From: Balanoglossus misakiensis
Taxonomy: Eukaryota; Animalia; Hemichordata
Direction of reading: 5' to 3'
Assembly: GCA_040954595.2 (NCBI GenBank)
Contig: CM082577.2
Coordinates: 14,825,903 to 14,889,902 of the forward strand
DNA length: 64,000 nucleotides
The notes under the pieces are model-generated. The model saw nothing but the letters and a program-made list of their open reading frames with translations, searched no databases and was not told the DNA's origin. This document shows positions 40,670-51,910 of this stretch, piece by piece (within the stretch, counting starts at the first letter, position 1; each line of letters opens with the position of its first letter). Made by a program: the position numbers and the translations under genes.

Positions 40670-41482
40670 GACAACCCTTGTGCTGGTGTGGCTTCCTTAC
40701 AAGTGTTTATTTTGTGCCTGTGAACACTGTTTATATAGCTTGTCTTTGTCTGTGGACTTAATTACGCATGGACCGCTAATTACACCTTACTGTTAGCAGA
40801 ATGGTACACTACGACGTAGTGTACTTGTTTGTCCATATGCAAATACCTTCGCCTGGCTCGAGTGCGAAGTGGCTCCCTGATCACAGGCATGAAAAAAGGG
40901 GGCAAATTCCGGCATTCGCGCACATTTTTCGGAACCGACACAATAAGCAATGCATAGACAGGTACCCTAGGTGAGCTTTTGACGGGGAAAAATAAAAACT
41001 TTATATAGCATGGCATATATAAAGATTTAAAAACTTACGATCTGTCTGTCTGTATACATCACTTAGAATAAAATGGTGTGATATCAATTTACTGAAATCT
41101 GGTAGTTCAATGCAGAGTTGTCCAGGGTCATTATACCGTGGGTTAGGAATCGGTTGCAGCTGGTAAAAATTGCCACTTCCAACTACTTGAATACCCCAAA
41201 TGGAAATATTGAATTCCGGACACCTCGACATAAAGTTTCAATCTAAATGAAACCAAAAAACATGCCATTCTTGAAAAGTTCAAAATTCAAATATTCTAAC
41301 AGCAATTAACAAATTACACTCTAAAATTCTAAATTGGAACATTTGTGCACATGATATGAATGCTTAGGATTTAAAAAAACAACTCCTCACATTTAATTTT
41401 TGTTTCACATTTTTGGGGACTTTCTTCTTTACATTTTTTATTTGAACAACATAGTTATCAACAAGGCCTTTATTATACCATA

Positions 41483-41903
41483 TTATAATATACCTCATGC
41501 TAATACTGTGTCGTGATTCACCAGAATCTGTCACGTGATAGGAAAATAGAATCGACTATGAATCCCTAGGGAAATAGCAGAAAAAATATAAACCACGTGA
41601 TAAGCGTCGCTTCATCTGACACAATGGCCACCCCTGAAGATGTTGTCTGCCAACCTCAAGAGAAAATTGCAAGATTTTCCCAACTGTTAGCATGGGGTTT
41701 ATTATAAAACACCTGTAGCCTGGCCTATATTCCGGCCATAGCAGCCGTTTTTACCCCCTTGTAACTGTGAGTTACCTGAATCATATGCTATTTCCATCGG
41801 CCTACGGCCTCGGGAAATAGCATGTGATTCTGGTAACTCACAGCCCCTCGAGTGTAATAAACGGCTGCTATGGCCTTATGACCAGGCAATAGGTGTTCAA
41901 TAT
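41483..41903. mobile_element. Non-autonomous palindromic element, copy 1 (family uncertain, Crypton-like?)
   Basis: Long internal inverted repeat centred on tcggcctacggcctcggg; second copy at 52371-52828. Confidence 0.7.
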
Positions 41904-42422
41904 GTTCCAAATTTTGAAGATAATTTGTCCTAGAATAATTTTCATATTAAAGTATCTACAACACACTAGTTGATATTTTTATAAATGTTGCCCGAGTTGC
42001 TATCTTACCTGCAAAACCAGTTAAGCTGACATCATGGATACCTCATCAATAAATACACTGAAAATCATCGCACCTGCAACGACCCATCGACTGAGCCGTT
42101 GATTTTATTTATCGACGCACTCGATTGTTATCAGGCTGACTGAATGGGCATGTAACAGAATTTGCAACATTGTTGTGTTGAAGCAGACGCAGAGTCTCGG
42201 ATTACATTACAGAGTGAATATACGACCGAGACACTTGATGAAATCAAAAGTTCAAACTTTGTAATGAATAAAGAACACGGTAAAAGTTGTGCGTGTTTTT
42301 TCCATTATTTTAAATGAAAGACATACTAGTATATTCATCATGCATGATTCACTAAGAAACATTTATTCCACTGAAACACACCAAGCGATCGAAAGATAAA
42401 ATACACAGCACATGGTGATGCA

Positions 42423-42482
42423 TAACCCAGCGTACAGGTCTGTGTGTTCCCGGCGTTACACACAGACCTGTATGCAGGGTTA
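42423..42482. mobile_element. 60-bp hairpin mini-transposon with 9-bp TSD (AcademH-type end)
   Basis: TSD GGTGATGCA at 42414-42422 and 42483-42491. 25-nt arms (23/25 paired) with a 10-nt loop. First 39 nt 37/39 identical to the terminus at 4850. Confidence 0.88.
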
Positions 42483-42619
42483 GGTGATGCAAGACTCCGG
42501 TAGATTCTAACATTGAAGTTGTCCGTTTGATCAAAACTCGACATGGGTGAAAACTCAAAGTTGCGGTACTTGTATATAACCAGTTGCAGCATAATACTCG
42601 TGCGTATCGTTTGGGGTGA

Positions 42620-43096
42620 TCATTCGCACTCTTCGGTCAAACGATGTTGATTGATGACAGACATTCTGGTAAATGTCCACGGACCGCCAGTTAGTTCATT
42701 ACGAACAGCTCTACCCACGGTACTGACGCTGACCGAGTTAACCGTGCCGTATTGCATCAGTTGGTCCACTATTTCCTGGTACGTAATGGAAGGTCTTTCC
42801 CTTTTCAACATCTCGATAAATTCCAGATCAGGATCGGTGAGCTTGCTCTGCTGGGTTGATCCACGAGGAGTGGGTGGATCGATTTCACCGGTTTCACAGT
42901 AGTGTTTCCAAAACCGACTCACTGTCGATTTGTTCACTCTGAACCTGTCCGCTACTTTTTTCAAACAACCAACTGGAAAATACCCGGTCCTCTGATTTGC
43001 TCCGAGTGTCACCATTTCATTTCTGATCAATGAACGCAAGTCACTTGACAGTGGTTTTCCGCGAGAAAACGAGCGTCCGCTCCGGCTCACTTCCAT
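42620..43096 (-). pseudogene. Paired-like DNA-binding N-terminus of a Tc1/IS630-type transposase, truncated before DDE
   Basis: GRSFSRGKPLSSDLRSLI, VADRFRVNKSTVSRFW..YCETG, KLTDPDLEFIEMLKRERPSITYQEI, VSVSTVGRAVR. Confidence 0.7.
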
Positions 43097-43444
43097 ATTT
43101 CTTACGATATAATCAAATATAAGGTTGTGGACAAGGCGGGAATGTTCCCTATTGGTTAGGCCGGAACATACCAACTTACATTTTGATGACTTTGCTCAAA
43201 CTTCCATTAAAAATAACCATACTGAGTACATTGGTAATTAAGATGACATTAAATTGTATATTTGGAATATTTTTGACAGGTAACGTTTTACAAAATTGAT
43301 TGTGATGTGGAAAATTTTTGTTCTCGTTCTGAGTTCATACACGACCCCCCCCCCCTAATTTGTTGATCCTTCCGCCCGACAGTTTCACTGCGTGAGACAC
43401 GTGCGTGTGTGGAAGACATCAGTAAATATCTGTCTATGATAAAC

Positions 43445-43655
43445 ATGGAATCAAAGTCTCCAAGTAACATGTCAACAGTCGAGAGATTTCTGGTTTCCAT
43501 AAGCCCAACTCTTATGAAGTATCGATCCGATTTTGAAGAGCAGGACTTCATTTCAATGACTTCGCTGAAGTTTTTCACGGAAGATGACTTTTCGAAGTTC
43601 AAGAATCGGGTCAGCGGGACTCACAAACGTCTGACTGACCTCTACTCATGTCCTT
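43445..43655 (+). pseudogene. SAM-like domain fragment
   Basis: VERFLVSISPTLMKYRSDFEEQDF....LKFFTEDDF.......GTHKRL; runs into the TIR. Confidence 0.5.
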
Positions 43656-45119
43656 TGTATTTTATCTTTCGATCGCTTGGTGTGTTTCAGTGGAATAAAT
43701 GTTTCTTAGTGAATCATGCATGATGAATATACTAGTATGTCTTTCATTTAAAATAATGGAAAAAAACACGCACAACTTTTACCGTGTTCTTTATTCATTA
43801 CAAAGTTTGAACTTTTGATTTCATCAAGTGTCTCGGTCGTATATTCACTCTGTAATGTAATCCGAGACTCTGCGTCTGCTTCAACACAACAATGTTGCAA
43901 ATTCTGTTACATGCCCATTCAGTCAGCCTGATAACAATCGAGTGCGTCGATAAATAAAATCAATGGCTCAGTCGATGGGTCGTTGCAGGTGCGATGATTT
44001 TCAGTGTAATACTTTGGTCTCAGTAATATTTTTCTTCACTCTCGCCATGTCATGGTACTTTTGCTCTCAATTCATTGTTGCCATATCTTCCATCCATCAA
44101 TCCTAAAAAATGGTGAATTGTTTGGCCACCAGGCAGGAGACTGGCTGCAATGCCTGTCAGTGCTGTCACTGCACTTCCTGGTTTCAGTTTTGCTAGTTTG
44201 GTAACCAGGTTCGTTTTTCCAGTCCCTGCCTGGCCAAGAATAATAATGTCATGGCCTTCTTTAAACGCTTTTATAACAGCATCCATGTTAGCATGTTACA
44301 CACAAAAATACAGTCGGAGTTACACCAAGGTGAAAATGAAAAACATAAGACTTGTTATCAATCAGATCTAAGTTTACTATTTGTTTATTGTTACTCCTAA
44401 AATGAAACTGCATTTTAACAGCTTACTCCATGTTAACTACCATGAATTTTGATATCTGATACTTACATCAACTTCACCCTTGACGTTGTGATGGTAAATG
44501 CAGGTTCAGCGCAGTTGTTGGCGATCTGCTTTTAGCGCGGTTTATAGGGTCATGGGGTCATTACGTCGTGGAGTAGCCAAGCGCAATGAACTGTGGGACG
44601 TTTCGGTCAAAAACAAAATGGCGACCTATCCAGCAAGTTAAGAAAATACGGTGGTTGTATACGGTGGGGTATATTGAGCCATTTGGATGTAATTGTGTCA
44701 CTCTGACTGTGATAATTGTGATTTTATGGAAAACGTGATACATTGGCAACTTTATTTATATGTAGATATTTGATTTCGTAGAGTTTCCGTACATGACTGC
44801 TTTTACGTGTCTGACCTTCTCCTTCCTTCGGAAGTCGCCCCTAGCAGATCCCTCCATTTGCTCTCCCCTGTGACAGCACAAGTCCACGAGCACCTGTGGT
44901 CAAAGGGGGGGGGGGGTCATCATTTTTTCGTCCTGGGTGAATGGGGGGGGGGGTCGGCCTGATTTTGAAAACCTATGACACAAACTTGCCGCCCCCCCCC
45001 CCCCAGCCATAAAAATTGAACGGTCCCTAATACCCTCACTAGAACTTCATACTGTCAGATCTATGATTACAGTTGTAGGTTCATTGTTCTGTAATTAATT
45101 TCCCCCTGTGCTGTGTCAA

Positions 45120-45933
45120 GTTCTGCAAGAAGACATTAGCAAACTACTCATAGAAAGATGGGGTATCCATCCAGCCTGATTATCTGAATGTACATGTTGA
45201 ACCATCAACACCACCAGCCAATGGGTCCCACATAGCAGGTTTGTTTTTGCCCTGAAAAATGGCATGTGTAGGCATGCTTTCACCCCAGCATTTATACAGT
45301 CCAATATGGTTATTTGACCCTTACTGTTTGAGGTAATGATTGGACAAGTTGTTTTACTTTGGGATGGGCCCAAAACTTTCCTGGCTTTGGTTTCAAAGTA
45401 AAACCAGATTCATCTGCATTCCATATTTGCAAGGGACAATTTAATAAATTTTGGTCTGAGATAAAGGTTTCAAAATCGATGAATCACTGATTCACATGTT
45501 CTTTTGTGATCATAGCTCTCTTTAGAGCGAGGGGTTTTGTGTTAATTAAAGTGATTTCTGGGTTTCTTTTTTTGAATTGCCTATACCATTTACGACTAGG
45601 AAGATTAGGTGTTGGGTTATTCTTTAGGGCTGTTAGTCTCCCATCTTTAACTAATATGGCCTTTACAGTCGCAAGGAGTTGTGTGATGGTCACGCCAAAC
45701 CCTCTTTTGGCCATTTCAATCAACCACTTTGATAATAACTTTTCTTCTGTTATTGTAAGGATGGGTTGGGGGCCACTCCGACGAGAAACATCAACACTCC
45801 CCGTTAATCTAGTATGTAAAGGTGTCGCCTTCACACCCCACTTGGCTGCAGCCTTCCTTATAGACATTCCTTTTGACACGTCACTCATTGCTTCTTCGTA
45901 TTGTTTTTTCAGCATTGTGCCCCAGTCAACCAT
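45120..45933 (-). pseudogene. pogo/Tigger-like transposase fragment (HTH-psq plus CENP-B HTH, start of DDE)
   Basis: GMSIRKAAAKWGV, LTITEEKLLSKWLIEMAKRGFG, PSRKWYRQFKKRNP; after a TGA the frame gives IWNADESGF, then frameshifts. Confidence 0.85.
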
Positions 45934-45984
45934 CAGCTATCAATAATGCAAAACAATGTTTTGTTACAAACATGCTAATACAGA

Positions 45985-47854
45985 ATTCACTGACAGGTTT
46001 ACATCTTCGCGCTGAAAGGTCAAGTTACATCGATCGATAATCGGTAGTATGTCCATCAGCATACATGTCGTGGCCACGAATGAGTATTGCTTAAAGGCAC
46101 GTAAGCTGTAACTTTTGGGATAATTTTCATAATTTTTGTTTCAAATTGCACTACCATTAGTCCATACAGATGAAGGCAGTGAACTATACACGAGCATTAT
46201 AAACCCTAAATATGAGTGCATATGCAAGTTTTAACCAGATAAATAATAAAGCTTTGCCGCAAGCGATTATGTCCGCCACCGTGGGAAAATGCAAGAAACA
46301 ATGAAAATGTTGCATTTCTGGTTGTGAAACTTCATAAACAAAACATGATCTCATCCACTTGAGCTCATGGAAGTAAATGTACACCACTGAGACATCAGAT
46401 TTTCATTTTTCATTGCAATATTGCACTTTTTTTAAAATTGCAGGAATTTTCGTTTTTCTTTCATTTTTGGCCATTTTGTCATAAATAAGTGTCGAGCTTG
46501 ATATATTATCATGAAATATCATTTAATAGACATAATTAAAAGCATATATGAGATTATTTAAAACTTTACTTTTTTATCCAGTTGCAGCTTACGTGCCTTT
46601 AATCTGTTTGAGTAAGCCGTCTGCCGTAGTATTATCGCGACTTTCGTCCCCGAACTCCAACATTAGAGCTGGCCAGTTGTCATGAACACCGCGCACCGCT
46701 CTCCCGAGAGATAGCCACCGTACACAGCACGGCTCCTTCAGACTCTGAAAGTCGTCATTCTCGAGTATTTTATTAACAGATCGTAGCCGCTCGTATCTGA
46801 CTGCCGAGTATCGGAAAACGTTGAAAATGTTGACAGTTCTGCGGTATTGCATGACCTTTTCGACCTTGTGACTAGCATCATTGGCTACTAAGGCCAGCTT
46901 GTGAGCAACGCAGTGGACGTTTATGAGATATATGTTCTGTCTTCTTAGACGAGCAGCAACTCCATTTTTGCGACCTGTCATAACTGATGTGCCGTCCGAC
47001 CCGAGTCCGATCACTTTGTCGATATTTATTCCCTTGTCTGCGAGAACGGACGTTATTTTATCAGTCACGACTTCCGCGGTACCATTTAACACAGTGTAAT
47101 TACCGACAAATACTGTGCGCTGGATACCCCTATCGACAAATCGTATGAACAATATCAATTTTTTGTGGACGGTTACGTTGACAGTTTCGTCGCACAAAAT
47201 GCCGACAAATGGCGACTCTGAAATTTTCTGTGAAATTTCCTCCCGGAGAGTATCGGCGAGTGCAGATTGTAGTGATTCTACACTTTCTGAGTGAGAGTAA
47301 GTGCCAGTGGCAAGCGCCTCACAACCATTTTCCCGCTGCAGTTCGATCAGAGAAAAAAACTGTCTGTTTGATATGTCTTCTCTGGCCATGTAGTACATGG
47401 TACGGAGAATCGCTCGCTGTTTTTTGTCGTTGGTAGAATTACCCTGGCTTGTGAAATTCGACAACACTTTCTGTGAAGATCGAGCTGACGATGCTTCTCT
47501 ATGATCAATGCCTTGCATATGCCGTTTGATGGCCGATTTTTGAAGATCACGAGAACAACGCGTGAAAGCATTCTTTTTGCCATATTTTTCACAAACCTTA
47601 CAGAAAAGCACAGGTTTCTTTTTTCCGCTGCTTTCGTCGACGTCGCGCCGTAACCACGGATACTCGGCGAGCCACTGATCTTTGAATTCTGTGTGGCCAG
47701 TCTTTGCATTCTCTCGCATTTTTTTCACTGGTGGGGCATCCTCCGCTGACTCTTGGTGTTCCGAATCATCGATTTCAGTGGCTTTCTTTCCATTATCAGT
47801 AAAGGATTTCGACGTAAATTTAAATGAAAATAAAGTTGACTGTTTTGCCGCCAT
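45985..47854 (-). pseudogene. hAT (ZNF862-like) transposase interrupted by a TTAA MITE
   Basis: W..EYPWL, FCKVC, LCDETVN, GSDGTSVMTG, HCVAHKLAL, VRWLS. Continues past the MITE as KQYSFVATTCMLMDILP...FQREDVNLS. Candidate 5' end CAGAGTTTCCGG at 48172. Confidence 0.88.
46095..46598. mobile_element. Kolobok-type MITE
   Basis: TIR AGGCACGTAAGCTG(T/C)AACT at both ends; TTAA TSD at 46091-46094 and 46599-46602. Confidence 0.9.
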
Positions 47855-48189
47855 GTTGATCGATATTACACGTACGTGACGCATGGCATGATGATTAGAA
47901 CGCGCGCTAAACGAAAATTGTTACATTTTATCATGGTCAAGCGTCTGCGCAAATGGTTTGGAATGTTGCAATTTTATTCAAAACAAGTAAGCGTGCACAA
48001 GGTGCTGTCTAGTTTGTCGGTCGTTTGATGGGTCTTTTGTTAGCTCGAACTTTCAATGGCGAAAACAGAGTCAATTTCATTGCGTACGCCAGACGCGCTT
48101 GTCGGTTCAATATGCGTATAGAAATTTTCCATTGCGTGTATAACGCACATTTTTGCGTAACCGGAAACTCTGCATCTGCACAGCACTCG

Positions 48190-49407
48190 ACTCTGGAAAA
48201 TACTTTCTACTCATCCTCTTGACCTTTCCGCCACATTCGATTCCATTGATCACGGGATATTTCTTCGTAGACTATCGAACCTTGGCATCTTAGACACAGT
48301 ACTAACATGGTTTACATCTTACCTTCATGATAGACATCAAACTGTAATCATCGAAAACACTGCAAGTTCACAGTCACCTCTCGTATACGGGGTGCCACAA
48401 GGCTCCGTCCTTGGCCCTCTGCTGTTCACTATTTATATAGCCCCTCTTGGTAAACTGATTCGTCGCCACAACCTACAATTTCATCAGTACGCCAATGATA
48501 ACCAGCTATACCTCGCCTTTTCCCATCAAGATTCAACCTCTGCCGTTCAATCTCTGGAGATCTGTATCCGTGACATAAAGGCAAGGATGACGCTGAATAA
48601 ACTACAACTAAATGACAACAAAACTGAAGTCCTTGTTATTCGCTCAAAATTTAGTCGTCTTCCTGATCCTATTCCATCCGTCAATATCGGCTCTGCATCT
48701 ATCACTCCAGTAACAACAGCACGTAATCTGGGAGTTGTCTTTGATAGTATGCATATGTATAACCAGCACATCAAGAATACCTGCAAGTCCATCTATTTTC
48801 ATCTTCGACGCATCGGATCAATACGTTAGTACCTGTCTTCTGAGGATTGTTGTACTTTAATTCATGCAGTTCTTTCAACCAAACTTGATTACTGCAATTC
48901 GTTACTGTTTGGTCTTCCTGAATCTGCAATTAATCTACTTCAGAGCTCGCAAAATACAGCAGCAAGAATCATCACCCAGTCGAAGAATTTTGAACATGTC
49001 ACTCCCGCTCTCATTTCTCTGCATTGGCTACTAGTTTGTGCCAGGATTGATTACAAGATCTTGCTTCTTACATATAAGGCCATTCATGGTCTTACCCTGG
49101 AGTACATTTCTGACATGGTTAATCGATATACCCCTTCATGCAGCTTAAGGTCTCGGGAAAAGAACCTTCTGACAATAACACATTACAAGCAAGTCAACTA
49201 TGGAGGACGTGCATTTTCTTATGCTGCTCCAAAGCTCTGGAACTCACTACCTGATGACATTCATCTAGCTACCAGTCTAGACTCTTTTAAGGGGAAACTA
49301 AAGACTCGTGTGTTTTAAACGGCCTACAGTGTGTAAACAACCATCAGGCGCCACTGAACAGTTCTCTGGATATTGAGGCCATATAAATGATTTTGATTGA
49401 TTGATTG
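48190..49407 (+). mobile_element. 5'-truncated, decayed L2/CR1-group LINE (RT) with (ATTG)n tail
   Basis: GVPQGSVLGPLLFTIY, YANDNQL (degenerate YADD), LNDNKTE, RNLGV, LDYCNS, GGRAFSYAAPKLWNSLP; internal stops. Confidence 0.9.
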
Positions 49408-49414
49408 AAAAGCG

Positions 49415-50140
49415 TTGGTAATAGCAAAATTTTCAAATTGGCCTAATTTGCATATGCATGTAGATATCAACAAGTTTTGCAGACAGTGTGGTCAGTGTTC
49501 TACATGCCAAATGTCCAGGACCTGGGCCAAGTCTAATTGGAGAAGAAGATTTGTAAGTATTATTTTTCATTTTTTGGATCCAGCAATGGGCCCATAGCTA
49601 AGCTATGACCACGTCTTATTTTGGATAAATATGTCAACATATCTCAAAATCTATTGGGCCCACCAACTCTAAATTTTCTGTGCAGCTGGCCTACCTTCCT
49701 ACAATCGTTTTCAGCCCCCCAAAAAACTACAGATTGTTTTAATATTAATTTTTGCATTAATTTTGTACCTTTACTTATACCTCTATAGTTAATCAATGTC
49801 CATGTTTTATTGAGTAATTCTGGTCTGTGCAATGGTCCTGGAGGCTGTACAGTGACTGTCTATTGGCCAGTGTGCATAATGGCACCAAAATAAAATGAAA
49901 AATTTGGGCTCACTTGTGACACCTGCTGTGCATACCCAATTCCAGGCTAACCAATAGGGCTGGAGGTTTGGTTTTTGTTGGACCTGGAGGATCAGTATGG
50001 GGCAAACAAATTTGCCTAACCTCAGGTGACATTTGACCTATTTCCTTACATATCAACATCCAGAGCAGGTATAGACTTGGTGTTTGAGGGATGGAACTTC
50101 ATTGAATAGCTGAATTTTAGGGTCACCTGTGACACCCGCT
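49415..50140 (+). mobile_element. Decayed fragment of the Helentron-type non-autonomous family
   Basis: Similar to 28500-29300 and 3880-4400 modules. Confidence 0.7.
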
Positions 50141-50177
50141 GATAGATTAAATAGATAGATAGATAGATTAGATAGAT
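50141..50177. repeat. (GATA)n microsatellite
   Basis: Directly visible. Confidence 0.7.
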
Positions 50178-51910
50178 GACGTCATTAAAATCTTCAATGA
50201 AGTTTAAATATTAGGGAGCACAGCCGCTTGGGTAATCCCTCTATCTCTGACCAATCACGTTCATCCATAGAGGGATAACCCAATGTTGATTGCTTATTTA
50301 CACAGAGTTGTGGTGTGGGGCAAGTTTCAATTCAAGGTTAGTCGCTTCCCGCCGCTGCTAGTGCGAGCAGCTTTTCCGTGTAGTCACCTTTAGCGATCCA
50401 AACCTTTGTCTACCAATTGAATTCCTCGGCCAACCACCACTGTGCTACTACCGTATCGACAGCTTGCAACAGCAACAATATGGCCAACGAATCGCTTCAC
50501 AGCTACCAGGATCGCTGGACCTGTTTCTGACTAAACCACGAGGATCAACCCTGATCGCGGAAAACCAGCCGGTGTTCTGCCATCTATACTGGTTGCCATC
50601 TATCCTGGTATTGGCTACATCTGCGCATGCGCGATATTCTATTCAGGTTTAGCTACCCACCACAACAAATTGGACTCGATCAGTTCTTAACATCGACAAT
50701 TCCCGTGAATTGGTTTATCCCCAGCTTCGCTTTCATTTATATTATAACAATCATGATGCGACAGTGAGATAAATGTAGGATCATCGTATAAAGTGAAATG
50801 ACAAGCGTACGGTGTACGAACGGTTCACTGAGTCCAATGTCAAAGCACGGTCAATCATATGCGTGATCACTCTCTCGATGGAAAGGGACGATGACATATG
50901 TTGCTGATCACGAATCATGACACATTCGTAGCGATTAGTTTGTCTTGAATTCTTTAGATAAACTCCAGGTGAAAATTTTACCATTTTCGCAGCTTATCCG
51001 AAATAGTGTTGCGTATCCTGTGACTTTACATGACAATAGCAACTCGCTTGTTTGTGGCATTCCCCCGATGATCAAGACAAGCTCCAGATACGTTCGTCAA
51101 TTTCGTATTGACACTTTAACAACTTAAATTTGACAAAACCCAGTCAGATATGCCGTCATTTAGACCAACACTTATCACCGTATTGTCGGCATTTTTCTTT
51201 GATCACGTCATAGACGTGAAAATCGAAGTGCCAGTGAAAGTAATGAACTGGACAGGTGTTAATTAATAAACCAATTTAACACCAACTCATGATGATAAGG
51301 CAGCTGTGATAAGGATTTACCGCCACACCTCCAAGTCATCACACTGATCAGAGTGAAAATGATACTTCTGCTGAAATCTGGTGACTTTTCACACTACATG
51401 TTTGTCCATAACAATGGGACGGACCTCTGATTGGTGAGTACTGAATTTTGAATGCATACATTGCCTATAAAAGTGTACTTTCGTAGATTCTGTCATTCTG
51501 TACCCGATACAGTTCCAGATCCAGAACCCAGGTTCCAGACCACGGTCAGATCGTTCCTTACCTGATTTCTTGCAGAGTTAGAGTCTAGTAGTTGATTACT
51601 ATAGTACTTTTCAGTATTGGTAATCATTTCTGATAGTCTTTTGCTAATATTGTTCCCATTTTTCGTGTTTGAGTCACATACAATTTTTAACAAGTTATCC
51701 CAAAGGAGATTTTGCTTTTTACCCATTTCAAACATTATATAGTGCATTTCTGTGCTCTCAAAATCAAGAAAGCAACACCAGTTTCAATTTGGTAATACAT
51801 AATTGTTAAAATTAGCTTGACATTTCAGTGCTTATACTCGCGTGTGTTTTATATTCTATAGACAAACTGTTTTCTTGTTCCTACGTGTTAGATTGTTTTA
51901 ATTTGACGAC

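Larger units (their letters stand above)
10538..41016 (+). mobile_element. Two-gene Kolobok DNA transposon (THAP-DDE transposase plus KolX/ballast gene), expanded by nested insertions
   Basis: Left TTAA|AGGTCCCATGCCATGC. At the right only GCATGGCAT (41008-41016) of the expected TIR remains. Convergent transposase (+) and P2X7-ballast-like gene (-), the canonical Kolobok layout. Confidence 0.75.
42056..44006. mobile_element. Long-TIR DNA element (CACTG...CAGTG, ~350-bp TIRs, TA TSD) carrying paired-domain and SAM-domain fragments
   Basis: 42056-~42404 is the near-perfect reverse complement of ~43657-44006. TA on both sides. Removing it restores the PIF1 Walker B frame. Confidence 0.88.
41017..44286 (-). 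pseudogene. PIF1-family (SF1B) helicase, intron-containing, disrupted
   Basis: GQAGTGKT, TALTGIAA, GQTIH (44286-44050); KVL|FIDEVSM across the 42056-44006 insertion; exon 41242-41017 PFG/GIQVVGSGNFYQL..VYRQTD. Has stops and a frameshift. Confidence 0.85.

Noticed and set aside
42620-43174. PAX transcription factor
   Set aside because: The paired-like region is divergent, intronless, truncated and enclosed by TIRs; this fits a transposase N-terminus.
44779-44790. tagagtttccg as the partner TIR of the hAT end at 48172
   Set aside because: The match is only ~10 nt, no 8-bp TSD is shared, and unrelated pogo sequence intervenes.
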